From the NCBI GenBank assembly GCA_965199495.1, contig CBDASK010000003.1, positions 576,001 through 640,000 of the forward strand: 64,000 bases of DNA. The letters run 5' to 3'. The notes beneath the pieces are model-generated. The model was not told the origin of the DNA, ran no database searches, and worked only from the letters and a program-made list of their open reading frames with translations. Within the stretch, counting starts at the first letter, position 1, and each line of letters opens with the position of its first letter. Positions 1-9,505 of the stretch are shown in pieces. The DNA is from Abditibacterium sp. GTDB lineage: Bacteria > Armatimonadota > Abditibacteriia > Abditibacteriales > Abditibacteriaceae. Both the position numbers and the translations under genes were made by a program.

Positions 1-1720
1 CCAGAGAACGGCTCAGACCTCCCGGCGGGCCGGGAGGCGCGGGCGAACCGTGTTCGGCGGCGACAAAAAGTTGTCCCGCGAAGCGGATCAGGCCCGGCGT
101 GCGAACGCTCCAATCCCACAGAAACTCGACTTCCAGCGTCGCAGGACAAATCGCGCCGCTCGCGGGCACCTGGGGCGTCAATTTGGCGCTCGCCAAACGC
201 ACCTGATCGAGATCGGGTTGCGTCATGGCCAAATTGACGGTTTTCCACGGCGTCCACTGGCCATAAATATCCTGCACGGCGGCACCGTAGAGCAGACTGC
301 GCGTGCCGGGATTAGCAGCCACCGGCAGTTCGTGGTCGATAAAATTGAGGCGCCACGATTCGGGGTCGTCGGGATTGGGACTGTTGATGACAATCGGCGC
401 GAAACCGCCCGCGCGCCGCTTTTGCATCAGCGCCGCGACCGGTTCGGCGGGCGCAAGGCCGACGCGTGCCGCCGCGAAACTGACGGTGCGAAAAAGCGGA
501 ATTGCGGGCGGGCGATCCCACGCGACGCGCGCCGACGCGCGCCAGGGACCGTCGCTTAACTCTGGCTTGAGCCAGCCCAGCATTTGCGCGACGAGATTGG
601 CGGGCGGTGGCGGCGCGGGCGGCGCGCCGGGTAGCGGAATCAACGCCGCCATGTCGAGCGGCGCGGACTGGCCGTCCAAACCTTTTTCCCAGTGCGCGGT
701 GATGCGAAAATCAACGCGCCGCTTGAAATCGTCGGCATTCACGAGCGGATAAGCGGTGCCAAAACCGAGCGTCAAGCTCAAAAACGGATCGGTGCCCGCC
801 GCCAAAAACGTCATACTGAGCGGCGACACTTGGCCGTCGCTGCTATCCGTCGTCATGCTCTGGCCCGCCGAGTTCGCGGGCGCGGGAATCGCCATCGTTT
901 GCTTCTGGGCGGCTTGCTCACCGGGCGAAAAATTGGCGGCGACATCTCGCAACCGATCCATCAATTCGCCGTTAGCTTCGTTCACCAGAGCGTCGAAATC
1001 GGGCGCTCTCCAGTTGGGAGCCGGGGTGCCGGACGCAAGCAACGATGCCCAGCCGAGGGGCGGCGCACCGCGCTTCAACCGATCTATCGCCGCCGAAAAA
1101 GCATCAGTTTCGGCGCCTTCCAAGCCTTGTTTGGTGCCCTGACGACTGAACGCGGCCCAATCCGCTTCTTTCACCGGCAAGCCCACGGTTTCGACTTTTG
1201 TCCAGCCATCGGCCTGCGAAAGCGCATCGGGCGTGACGCCCTGCACGCCCGACACCGAAATGCCCGATGAAACCAGCAAACCATCAATGAAACTCGCCGA
1301 CAGACTGACGGAAGTCGCGCCCGCCGTTACGCTTTGAATCGCCACCACGCTGCTAATCGAGGGACTGCCCGCAAAAGCCGCGATAAATCCGCCACTTGGC
1401 GCCGCAATTTGCACGGTGACGCTACCCATCGCGCCATCGGGCCAGGTAATGGCGGTCATGCTCTGAAACAAGAGCGAGGTCTGCGAAAAATCCAGCCGTT
1501 TCGTCCCATCGCGCAGCGAATGGGGCCGCGACCAGATTTGAAACGGCTCGGTTGGCAGGCCGAGTTCACCTTTCAGCATCCAGCGCAGTTGAATAGTGGG
1601 CCGAAAATTCTGACCCTGAATGTTGACACCCGGCACGCTCAGGCGCCGCACCGATTCGACCCAGTTGACGAGCGCGCCTTCCGCTTGAAATTTGGTCGGG
1701 TCTACGAGAAAAGTGGCCAT
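1..1720 (-). CDS. Large hypothetical protein, partial (runs off the window start; >573 aa)
   Basis: Absent from the ORF track because no stop codon lies in the window. Manual translation from ATG 1720 gives MATFLVDPTKFQAEGALVNWVESVRRLSVPGVNIQ...YGAAVQDIYGQWTPW..., with no stop seen to position 1. The start lies 1 nt after the upstream TGA, with a GGAGG SD inside the upstream gene end. Confidence 0.85.
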   Translation of the reverse strand, partial: MATFLVDPTKFQAEGALVNWVESVRRLSVPGVNIQGQNFRPTIQLRWMLKGELGLPTEPFQIWSRPHSLRDGTKRLDFSQTSLLFQSMTAITWPDGAMGSVTVQIAAPSGGFIAAFAGSPSISSVVAIQSVTAGATSVSLSASFIDGLLVSSGISVSGVQGVTPDALSQADGWTKVETVGLPVKEADWAAFSRQGTKQGLEGAETDAFSAAIDRLKRGAPPLGWASLLASGTPAPNWRAPDFDALVNEANGELMDRLRDVAANFSPGEQAAQKQTMAIPAPANSAGQSMTTDSSDGQVSPLSMTFLAAGTDPFLSLTLGFGTAYPLVNADDFKRRVDFRITAHWEKGLDGQSAPLDMAALIPLPGAPPAPPPPANLVAQMLGWLKPELSDGPWRASARVAWDRPPAIPLFRTVSFAAARVGLAPAEPVAALMQKRRAGGFAPIVINSPNPDDPESWRLNFIDHELPVAANPGTRSLLYGAAVQDIYGQWTPWKTVNLAMTQPDLDQVRLASAKLTPQVPASGAICPATLEVEFLWDWSVRTPGLIRFAGQLFVAAEHGSPAPPGPPGGLSRSL

Positions 1721-1721
1721 A

Positions 1722-4700
1722 TCAGTTGATTTCCTCCCACGGCGCGTTCGCCAGTTGCACGTCGAGAACCGGCACGAAACTGTCGGTGGCTGCCGCACCG
1801 TCGAGATAAGGCGCCGTCTGCGCAATGCGCTTGAATGCCAACTTCAAATGCTTATCGCGCGCGCCGTTTTTGAGCGTAATTAAAGCGCGCTGACCGCCCG
1901 GCGCCACAACGATTTTATCCACGATGTCATCGCCGCCCGCCGCTTGCGCGATGTCGAGCCAGCGCGTGTCAACCATCTCGAAATGCTTGGCGGCGGCCAA
2001 CGTGGAATCGAATATTTCGGTGGGAATGGGCCGAGAACGCTGCATCGGCTCGGACGCGTCGAGCAAAATGGCGACGGGTTGCGGCGCGCCTCCGCTCGAT
2101 TCCCAGAACACCAGCGCTTGCGGCGCTTTGGGGACGGGCAAAGCATCGAGTCCGGCATTTTGCAGCGCCGTGTCGAACTCGTGGCCTTGGGGAGCGCGAC
2201 TGGCGAAATTGGTTCCAATCGCCTGCAATTTCCCATTATCGGCGGAGTGAACGCCGCGATGCCCAACGCGCACGATTTGGAAGCTCTGGGCGAACTCTTC
2301 GAGCGAGCGAAAACCGCCGGTCGTAAAGGTTTCGCGCCAGATGCGCGTGCCGGGACTGCCGTCAGGCGCGCTCTTATCGAGCATTTCGATGTCGAGCAGA
2401 TAATCGGTGTAAAGGTCGAGCGGAATGGGAATTGTGACCATGCTGTGCCGCACGCGCTCGCCCTTAACCGGCACGCAGGAACCCTGAATCGCGCTTTGAA
2501 CCGCGTCTTCCCACGGCGACAAAATCGCGGCTTTGACGGGCACAAGCGTAGTCGAATCGAGCGGATGCGGGTGTTTCACGCCCGGCGGTGGCTCCACGGG
2601 CCGGAACGAGGCGGGCCGCAGTCGGGCTTGCAACTTTTTGCCGTAAGCGTCGAAGAGCAGCACCAAATTGTTGCTGGCGAAAACCACGCGCACCGGCTCG
2701 GAAGCGAAAAAGTGCTTTTCGCCCTCGCCCGGCAACCCCACCAAAACGTAAGGATCGAGGCGCGCGGGCGGCGCATTATCGGTGCGAAACCAGAACGACT
2801 GTTTTATATCTGCGCCCGGAGTGCCGCCGCTGGGATGAGTATCGGGAGCTGGCTTCTGGATATTGACGTTCCAGGTGACGCGAATCTGGTAAGTTTGGTC
2901 GGCCAACAGCAGGGCGTTATCGGCGCTATCGAGGCCCAGCGCCTTTTCCAGAGTGCCTTGTTTGATGGTTTGCTGGGAGTCGTCGTAATCGAAGCGCTGC
3001 ACTTCTGCGGTGCGGCGCGCTTCAAACGCTGCGACATAAAAAGGCCGCGCCGTGATGGTTTGGCGGATTCTGCGGCTTTCGCGCGTGGCGCCGATTTGCA
3101 CGCGGTCGGCTTTGGCGCCGCCCTTGATCTGGACGAAAACGCCGACATAACCTTTGCGCGTCGGCAGCATTTCCGTCACCAGCACCACGCTGCGATGCCA
3201 CGGACTGCTCGCGTCGTTCCAGGCGGGCGGAAAACTCAGCGGCGGCAGCAGGTCGTCGCTCGTGACGATGTGCTGGTCGAAGAAGTTGTCGTCGCCGTCG
3301 CTTGCCGCGACCACAATGGCGCCCGATCTCAGCAAACGTTCGGGAATCCAGAGATAAAAGCGCGCAAACTCAAAGGCACCAGTCTCAAAAACAACGGCGT
3401 CATCGAGCGGGCCGGGCCGGAATTTGGCTTTCTCCCAACCAGCAGCCACGAGGTCTTTGCGCGTCGGATTGCCAAAGGCCACCGGCTCGCCGTTGTCCAA
3501 AACCGGCGACGCCAAAACGCGGGCGAAGCAACCGCCCTGCCCGTTCGACGCGGCGCGGGTATCCGAAAGGCTCAAATTCAGCAGATCGGCGCGTCCCACG
3601 GCCTCACCCGACGCGAAACTCGCCAGAGCATCGCTGAGCGTCAGACTTTGGAGAGACGTGGTTTCCAGCGATTCGCCGCCGCGAATCGCGGTGATGGGAT
3701 TGATGCCCGCGAAAACGCCGCCGCGATTCGCGTTGCCGAGCGGGTTTCGTGGGCCGTCGGGGTTGCCAAAGGGGTCTCGATCCGGGCAGGCGACGGCGCT
3801 GCCTTCGACCTGCGCCGCCACGATGCCGCGCAGTTGGTCGGCCAGAGCATCGCCGCTACGCCAGCGCTCGGAAACGTGAATTGCGGTGTCCGGCGGCGTC
3901 GAGCTAATCGTGCCCGGCGGGTCGGGCAAAGCGATGCCATTTAAATTCCAGCCCGACGCCGAAACGCCGAGATTGGAACGCAAAAACGTCCAGAAAATCG
4001 AGGTCGCGGGCGCGGCGGGCTGACAGACCGTGCCCCACTGCTCCGCGATCATCTCGTCGAGATACTTGCTCGAACCCAGCGCCTTGGGCGTCGCGTCGGG
4101 CACCCAACTCAATAGGGCGAGTTGCGCTTCGAGGGCCGCTTTACCGGTTTTGGGCTTCCACCATGTCGCGGGCGTTTGGCCGGTCGTGACGCCGCCCGTC
4201 ACCAGTTCCACGCTTTTGAGGCTATATTGATACCAGGTGTCGCCGCGTTGCACCCAACCGTCGGCGGGCGCTTCGGGCGTGCCGCCGATGGGCTGCCCCA
4301 AGAATTTGAGCGCCGGGTCTTGCAGCGGCGGCATCGCCATCAAAAGCGAGGGAATCGCGTCAATCGGCACGACGGGCCATTGTCGCGGTTGGCTGGGGTC
4401 ATGGGGATCAGGTGGAGTGGTCGGATCGGGTGGCGGCGTATCGCCGTCTTTTGGGTCGCCCCCTACAGCGTCGCCGATGCCGCTGTCAATGGGCTTATCA
4501 ACGCCCGTTCCCAGCACCAGAGCGGGCGAGCGGCTAATAAGTTTGAGCGAGGCCACGAGGTTGGGCAACGGCGCGGGCGGTACGTTGTCTGGGCCCAGCG
4601 AAAACGAAACGCAGCCTTTCACGGAAAAGAAGAAGAAATGGACTTCGCCGCAAATATCGCCCCAGATGTGCGAAGTTTTGTTGCCCGCGCCGTCTTCGCC

Positions 4701-7700
4701 GATATCAACATGCAAATCGGCCCACGCGCTGATATCTATGATGAACAGATGCAGCGTGCCACGCACCGTCAGCGTGCCCGCCAAGCGAAATGGCGAAAAC
4801 CCGATGATGGCATCGAACCCGGCGGAAAGACGCGCGAACAGCGGCCCGCCGCCCCATGTAAACGAGACGTGAAGCCCGGTGGCGATGGAAAAACCGGTGA
4901 CCGCAGGCAAACTGCCGATGCCCGACAAGCCATCGCCCGACAGCATCAGGTAGCCCGACGCGTCGAAAACTTGCAGCACTTTGGCCTGCACCTGATCGAG
5001 ATAGCGCCCGACGAAAAGACGCCATTTTTCGGTGTGATTGAAATCGAAAAATGCCTCGACGGGAATCGAGATTTTGAGCAACGGATCGATGTCAAACAGA
5101 ATCGAAAGGCCGACGGTCAGCGTGCCGCGCCCAAAATCAAGGTCAATGACCGCCAAAAAGTTGCCTTCGGCGTTGCCTTTGAGTTCGGGAATGACCGCCA
5201 AAACTTTGGCTTTCATCATCAGCAACAGACGCGGGCCGGGCAGTTCCAGCAGCACCACGCCTTTGAGGTTGAATATCACGCTGCTGCCCATCGTGCCCAG
5301 AATGGCGCCGACGCCAAAGGCCCAGGTATCGGCTTTGGGCTTCCAAAACGCGATGTCGGTCGGATTGCCGCCCGTCGCTTTGAGCCACGCCAGGGCGGGC
5401 GTCACGCTGCCGCCCGCGAAATCTTGCTCGTTGCGGGCGTAGTTCATGGCGAACAGGCCGAGAAAACCGTAAATGCCCAAACCCGATGTCGCAAGCGGAA
5501 TGGCGACGGGAAATTCGACGCTGAGCGTGACGATGACGGCGGTTTTGTCGGGATCAATATGCGCGATGCCCACGCCCGCCGCGATTCGCACCTGCACCGG
5601 CACGATGGTGAGGTCAATTTGGCCCTTGATTTCGTTTTGGTTGAGTTCGAGATAACCTCGCCCCTGAATCGCGCCGGGGATATCAATGCCCGCGCCAAAC
5701 GCGGTCAGTTCGGGAATTCCGGGCGGGTCTAACTTGAGGCGCACCCGCGCGCGGTCAATGGAAACCACGCCCAGATCGATGGCGAAACCGAGATCAATTT
5801 CGAGTATCAATGGGTTATTGCGCGCGATGCGGGCGCCCAGAACCTTCAAAATCTGGCCGAGCGGCTGCGCCACCTGAATCGCTCCGGGCCGCGACACGTC
5901 AATGGTGTAGCCTTTGGAAGCGTCGAACATCGGGCGCGCCTGAAACTTGGGCTGTCCCGGCGGATTGCCCAGCAAAAGTCCGATGGCTTTGTAGCGCACC
6001 ACGAGCGGCGCTTCGGGCGGGATAGTAATCAGATCGGCGATGTTGGCCGAAATCGCGGTCTCGAAATCGAAGAGCGCCACCACCTGCGTGCCGTCGGGAC
6101 GCACCTGAACCGTCAGTTCGCCGCCATACCAGATCACGCGCTCGACATTCAGAAATGGCAGACTGCCCAGCGTAAAGGGCAGCGCCAGCGTCGCCGCCGT
6201 AACGCCAATTTCGGCGAGCGCGCCATCACCAGCCACGGCGCTCGCCGCCGCCGAAAGCAGCGGCATAAACGCGATGGCCATGCCCAGATAATTGCGACCC
6301 AGATTGCGCGGCGCAAGCGCTTCGCCGGGCAGCGAACCGGTCATCATCAGGCCGTCTTTATCGGCGGGGTCGGCCCCGAAGTAACCGCTGACGGTGACAA
6401 TATCGGTCGCGTCGTCAATTTGCACGACGACGCGCAGGTCAATGATGCCGTCGGACGGATTGCTACCCAGTCGCCGCAGCGCGGGCATATTGGCGTCCGA
6501 AACGCCGCCTTGTCGAAGCATTCTCTCGGACGAAGTTTGGATATCGAATTTGCCGAAAACCTCGCACGCCACAAACTGATTCTGCACAATGCGAACCTTG
6601 GCGCCGACTTCCTTGAACCAATCGGGCGGCGGTGGCTGCGTCGCGGCAGTTGTAGTCGGATTATCGGGCAAAGGCGCGGGCACAATCGGCGTGGGCGCAT
6701 CGCGGAACACCCGGCCCGTCGTAATCGTGCCCGGTATCGGTTGTGCTGGCCACGAAGCGATAGCTTTCCAAAACAGACTGCGTTGCCCCGCGCCGCCGCC
6801 CTGCTCGGCGGCGTTCCAGTGCGTCATGTCGGCGGCAGTGTCCGGGAAGGCGAAATTTTTGGCGCCCTGATGGGCCGCGATAATCGCTTGCAACCCAAGC
6901 GCCCGCCGCCGCGCCAGAGCGGTGTTATAAACCAGCTTGTCGGCGCCGGGCGCCTCGAAACTGGAAAACCCGTGAATCGTGATGGCCGTGCCCGCCGGTA
7001 AATTCGCCAAAAGCGGCGCGATGCCCGACCCGGCAGAAGTGCCTTCGGGCCACGGCGCCGTCAGCCCTTCATCGGCGGCGTGGCTGGTGTTGGTGGAACG
7101 CGTCGTTGAAGGCGGATTGTCCTCGATTTGGGCGAAAGCGCGCGTGCCGTCGTCGGTGGACAAACGGCCATCGGACGTGCGCGCGGGCGGCTGATCGAAG
7201 CGAAAAAACGCTTCAAAATGGTCGGTCGCGGCGGCGCCGGGCACTTCGGCGCTAACGGGCACGCTCGCGCCCGCCGCCAAATCCACTTGAACCGTCAGAC
7301 TGGTGCCTTTATCAACGCCGCCGACCGTCCATCTGGCGTTGGTGGGCACATCGGTGGCGAGTTTCACCGTCGCTGTCGCAGGCGTTTCGCCGCTCAAAGT
7401 TAGGCGAGGCGCCCCGACTTCCAAACCGCCGCGCGTCGCCGAAAGCGTCTCGATTTGCGCGGGCGCGCTTCCTGCGGGCAACGCCGTGCCGGGCGGAGCG
7501 GGCAGCGAGGCGGGCAAACGGTTGGCGACGGCAGTGAGCGTCGCCGTTAAAGGCGTCGGGCGACTATCGGTAACGCTGATGAGAATGGTGCGCGGATTGG
7601 CCGACGACAAATCGCACTCGAAAACACGCCCCGCAGTGGGCGCCGCGCCATCGAAGCCAACCGAAGCATTGTAGGGCGTGAGGCCGCCATTCACATCAAC

Positions 7701-8801
7701 GATGAGCCACGTGTGCGGCGGCAGCGTCACCGTCGCGTGCGTGTCATCGGTGCGAGTGATGGCGAAACTTTGGCCCGCGTCGTCATAAAAGCGGGCGCCC
7801 AACGTCAGTTTGCCGCTGCCCTGATTGATCACTTCGAGGTCGAAATCTCCGGTGATGCCCGCCGAGGCGCCGAACCCGATCAGCAGGTTGCGCGCGCCCG
7901 CATCAACGGCGAAATCGTCGGCGCCGTGCGGCGCGATGAAGAGGCGAATTTCCGGCAGATACAGTCCTGTCCAGCTTTCATCGAAGCCGAACTGCGCCAA
8001 AACATCGGGCGGTGTCGAGTTATCCGACAAATCGAGCGTGGCGGAGCGAAACCCAAATCCCACCACTTTCGATGGCCCGATAAACGCGTAAGGCGGCTCC
8101 ATCGTCACCAACTGCGCGACCCCGATATCTTCGGTGGCATCGAGCGAACTGGCGCCCAACGACAGCAACTCCACCGTGAGCGGCGCAACCACGCCCGAAC
8201 CCTGCGCCAAGCGTATTTTGATGCGCGGCAGGCTAATTTTAACCGAAGTTTTGGTGGTATCTTCGACGAGTTGCCCGTTGGGAAGCAATTGCGCGGGCCG
8301 CAAAAATGGGGGGCGCAACACGATTGTGGTCAGCAGCAGATCGAGCGTAAATTCGGTGTCGGGATAATCGGACGGCGACGAAACGGCGGGCGTGGCGTCG
8401 AGCGCGGCCAAAACCGCCGCAGACGGCGCAAATGCGGGCGCGCCGCCAATGGCTCCGACCGCCGCCACCACTTTTTGCGAGGCAACACGCGGCGCAGAAA
8501 GTTGAAACTCGATGTGGGCGTCGCGAATATCGAACCACGGATCGCGGCGTCCATCATCGTTGGAGGGATGGCCTTCGGTGTTTTCGGCCTGCACGCCAAA
8601 CGTCATGGTGGACGGGTCAACGAAGGGATGAACTTCGCCGCTAAAACGAGCGACGCCGCTAATCACGATGCCGGTTTCATCGGTGGCCACCGAATGTTCA
8701 TCAACAAACATCACCGACAGCGCGGCGTGCCACGCCCCGAAACTATCGCCCAGCAACGCGTAGCTGCTGATGAGATCGAACAATGCGAGATCGAATGCCA
8801 T
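1722..8801 (-). CDS. Giant hypothetical protein (2359 aa) with an OmpA-like domain and a DUF6603-like beta-rich region
   Basis: 7 kb uninterrupted ORF. FFRFDQ...ITIHGFSS...YNTALARRRA resembles the OmpA C-terminal domain; LSVEFPVAIPLATSGLGIYGFLGLFAMN resembles DUF6603-type proteins. No obvious signal peptide. Confidence 0.85.
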   Translation of the reverse strand: MAFDLALFDLISSYALLGDSFGAWHAALSVMFVDEHSVATDETGIVISGVARFSGEVHPFVDPSTMTFGVQAENTEGHPSNDDGRRDPWFDIRDAHIEFQLSAPRVASQKVVAAVGAIGGAPAFAPSAAVLAALDATPAVSSPSDYPDTEFTLDLLLTTIVLRPPFLRPAQLLPNGQLVEDTTKTSVKISLPRIKIRLAQGSGVVAPLTVELLSLGASSLDATEDIGVAQLVTMEPPYAFIGPSKVVGFGFRSATLDLSDNSTPPDVLAQFGFDESWTGLYLPEIRLFIAPHGADDFAVDAGARNLLIGFGASAGITGDFDLEVINQGSGKLTLGARFYDDAGQSFAITRTDDTHATVTLPPHTWLIVDVNGGLTPYNASVGFDGAAPTAGRVFECDLSSANPRTILISVTDSRPTPLTATLTAVANRLPASLPAPPGTALPAGSAPAQIETLSATRGGLEVGAPRLTLSGETPATATVKLATDVPTNARWTVGGVDKGTSLTVQVDLAAGASVPVSAEVPGAAATDHFEAFFRFDQPPARTSDGRLSTDDGTRAFAQIEDNPPSTTRSTNTSHAADEGLTAPWPEGTSAGSGIAPLLANLPAGTAITIHGFSSFEAPGADKLVYNTALARRRALGLQAIIAAHQGAKNFAFPDTAADMTHWNAAEQGGGAGQRSLFWKAIASWPAQPIPGTITTGRVFRDAPTPIVPAPLPDNPTTTAATQPPPPDWFKEVGAKVRIVQNQFVACEVFGKFDIQTSSERMLRQGGVSDANMPALRRLGSNPSDGIIDLRVVVQIDDATDIVTVSGYFGADPADKDGLMMTGSLPGEALAPRNLGRNYLGMAIAFMPLLSAAASAVAGDGALAEIGVTAATLALPFTLGSLPFLNVERVIWYGGELTVQVRPDGTQVVALFDFETAISANIADLITIPPEAPLVVRYKAIGLLLGNPPGQPKFQARPMFDASKGYTIDVSRPGAIQVAQPLGQILKVLGARIARNNPLILEIDLGFAIDLGVVSIDRARVRLKLDPPGIPELTAFGAGIDIPGAIQGRGYLELNQNEIKGQIDLTIVPVQVRIAAGVGIAHIDPDKTAVIVTLSVEFPVAIPLATSGLGIYGFLGLFAMNYARNEQDFAGGSVTPALAWLKATGGNPTDIAFWKPKADTWAFGVGAILGTMGSSVIFNLKGVVLLELPGPRLLLMMKAKVLAVIPELKGNAEGNFLAVIDLDFGRGTLTVGLSILFDIDPLLKISIPVEAFFDFNHTEKWRLFVGRYLDQVQAKVLQVFDASGYLMLSGDGLSGIGSLPAVTGFSIATGLHVSFTWGGGPLFARLSAGFDAIIGFSPFRLAGTLTVRGTLHLFIIDISAWADLHVDIGEDGAGNKTSHIWGDICGEVHFFFFSVKGCVSFSLGPDNVPPAPLPNLVASLKLISRSPALVLGTGVDKPIDSGIGDAVGGDPKDGDTPPPDPTTPPDPHDPSQPRQWPVVPIDAIPSLLMAMPPLQDPALKFLGQPIGGTPEAPADGWVQRGDTWYQYSLKSVELVTGGVTTGQTPATWWKPKTGKAALEAQLALLSWVPDATPKALGSSKYLDEMIAEQWGTVCQPAAPATSIFWTFLRSNLGVSASGWNLNGIALPDPPGTISSTPPDTAIHVSERWRSGDALADQLRGIVAAQVEGSAVACPDRDPFGNPDGPRNPLGNANRGGVFAGINPITAIRGGESLETTSLQSLTLSDALASFASGEAVGRADLLNLSLSDTRAASNGQGGCFARVLASPVLDNGEPVAFGNPTRKDLVAAGWEKAKFRPGPLDDAVVFETGAFEFARFYLWIPERLLRSGAIVVAASDGDDNFFDQHIVTSDDLLPPLSFPPAWNDASSPWHRSVVLVTEMLPTRKGYVGVFVQIKGGAKADRVQIGATRESRRIRQTITARPFYVAAFEARRTAEVQRFDYDDSQQTIKQGTLEKALGLDSADNALLLADQTYQIRVTWNVNIQKPAPDTHPSGGTPGADIKQSFWFRTDNAPPARLDPYVLVGLPGEGEKHFFASEPVRVVFASNNLVLLFDAYGKKLQARLRPASFRPVEPPPGVKHPHPLDSTTLVPVKAAILSPWEDAVQSAIQGSCVPVKGERVRHSMVTIPIPLDLYTDYLLDIEMLDKSAPDGSPGTRIWRETFTTGGFRSLEEFAQSFQIVRVGHRGVHSADNGKLQAIGTNFASRAPQGHEFDTALQNAGLDALPVPKAPQALVFWESSGGAPQPVAILLDASEPMQRSRPIPTEIFDSTLAAAKHFEMVDTRWLDIAQAAGGDDIVDKIVVAPGGQRALITLKNGARDKHLKLAFKRIAQTAPYLDGAAATDSFVPVLDVQLANAPWEEIN

Positions 8802-9271
8802 GAAGGATCACCTTTTTGCTGCTCTTTTGCTCAATTGAAACTAAAAAATGGGATTATCTTATATTTTTCCGTGACTTTATTAAATGAATGATTACGCCAG
8901 AGATGTTATCAACGCCTCCCCTAAAGATGTCTATTGTGATTTCAATCGGTGTCTCTCTTTCTCAGAATTTTGTTCGTTAACATCCTATTTACATCTTTTT
9001 TATTGCCACTGACAATTCAATTATTGCACAATAATTCATTATAATTTTGTGCAAATCAAGAACCGAACGCGATAAGTTTTCCAACTAATTTTTGTGCCTT
9101 GTTGTAGCAGAGAAAAACACAAAATTAGTTAGGGAATCATGAGGGACGTGTTAAGGCTGCGCATTATGCAATAACTCGCTGGGCGTGGTTACGCGAAAAA
9201 TTGCCGAATATTCCCATCGTCTATATTTCCGTTGATGCTTTCATGAAATAATAAATCTTGTGCAGTGTCCT

Positions 9272-9490
9272 GTTTGGAGCGCGGGCTTTAGCATCTTGAT
9301 TATTTAACCGAGAAGTCCAAGTTGGTCGCAACCACATTTGTCCTGCGAGACTAACATGAGTCCCGCTAAGACATCGCTTGCTGCTGCTGCTCGGTTAGGA
9401 AGTCAAGGTGCTTTAGCCCGTCTGGACGTTGAACTCGCGTTGAATTTGGGCGGATGCGTGGTTTAACAGGCTAAAGCCCGCGCTCCAAAC
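9272..9490. repeat. REPIN-like inverted repeat (21-bp perfect arms)
   Basis: gtttggagcgcgggctttagc (9272-9292) and its exact reverse complement (9470-9490). Confidence 0.85.
9291..9411. mobile_element. 121-bp MITE nested in a REP hairpin loop
   Basis: 22-bp imperfect terminal inverted repeats (17/22) with TTTA duplicated at 9287-9290 and 9412-9415. Removing it restores the hairpin cgggc-ttta-gcccg. Confidence 0.7.
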
Positions 9491-9505
9491 GGCCCACTGA
9501 ACAGG

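Noticed and set aside
50..8891. Long plus-strand ORFs (e.g. 1944-3944, 4122-5732, 7713-8891)
   Set aside because: These are antisense shadows of the giant minus-strand genes in GC-rich DNA; they are Arg-rich and have no motifs.
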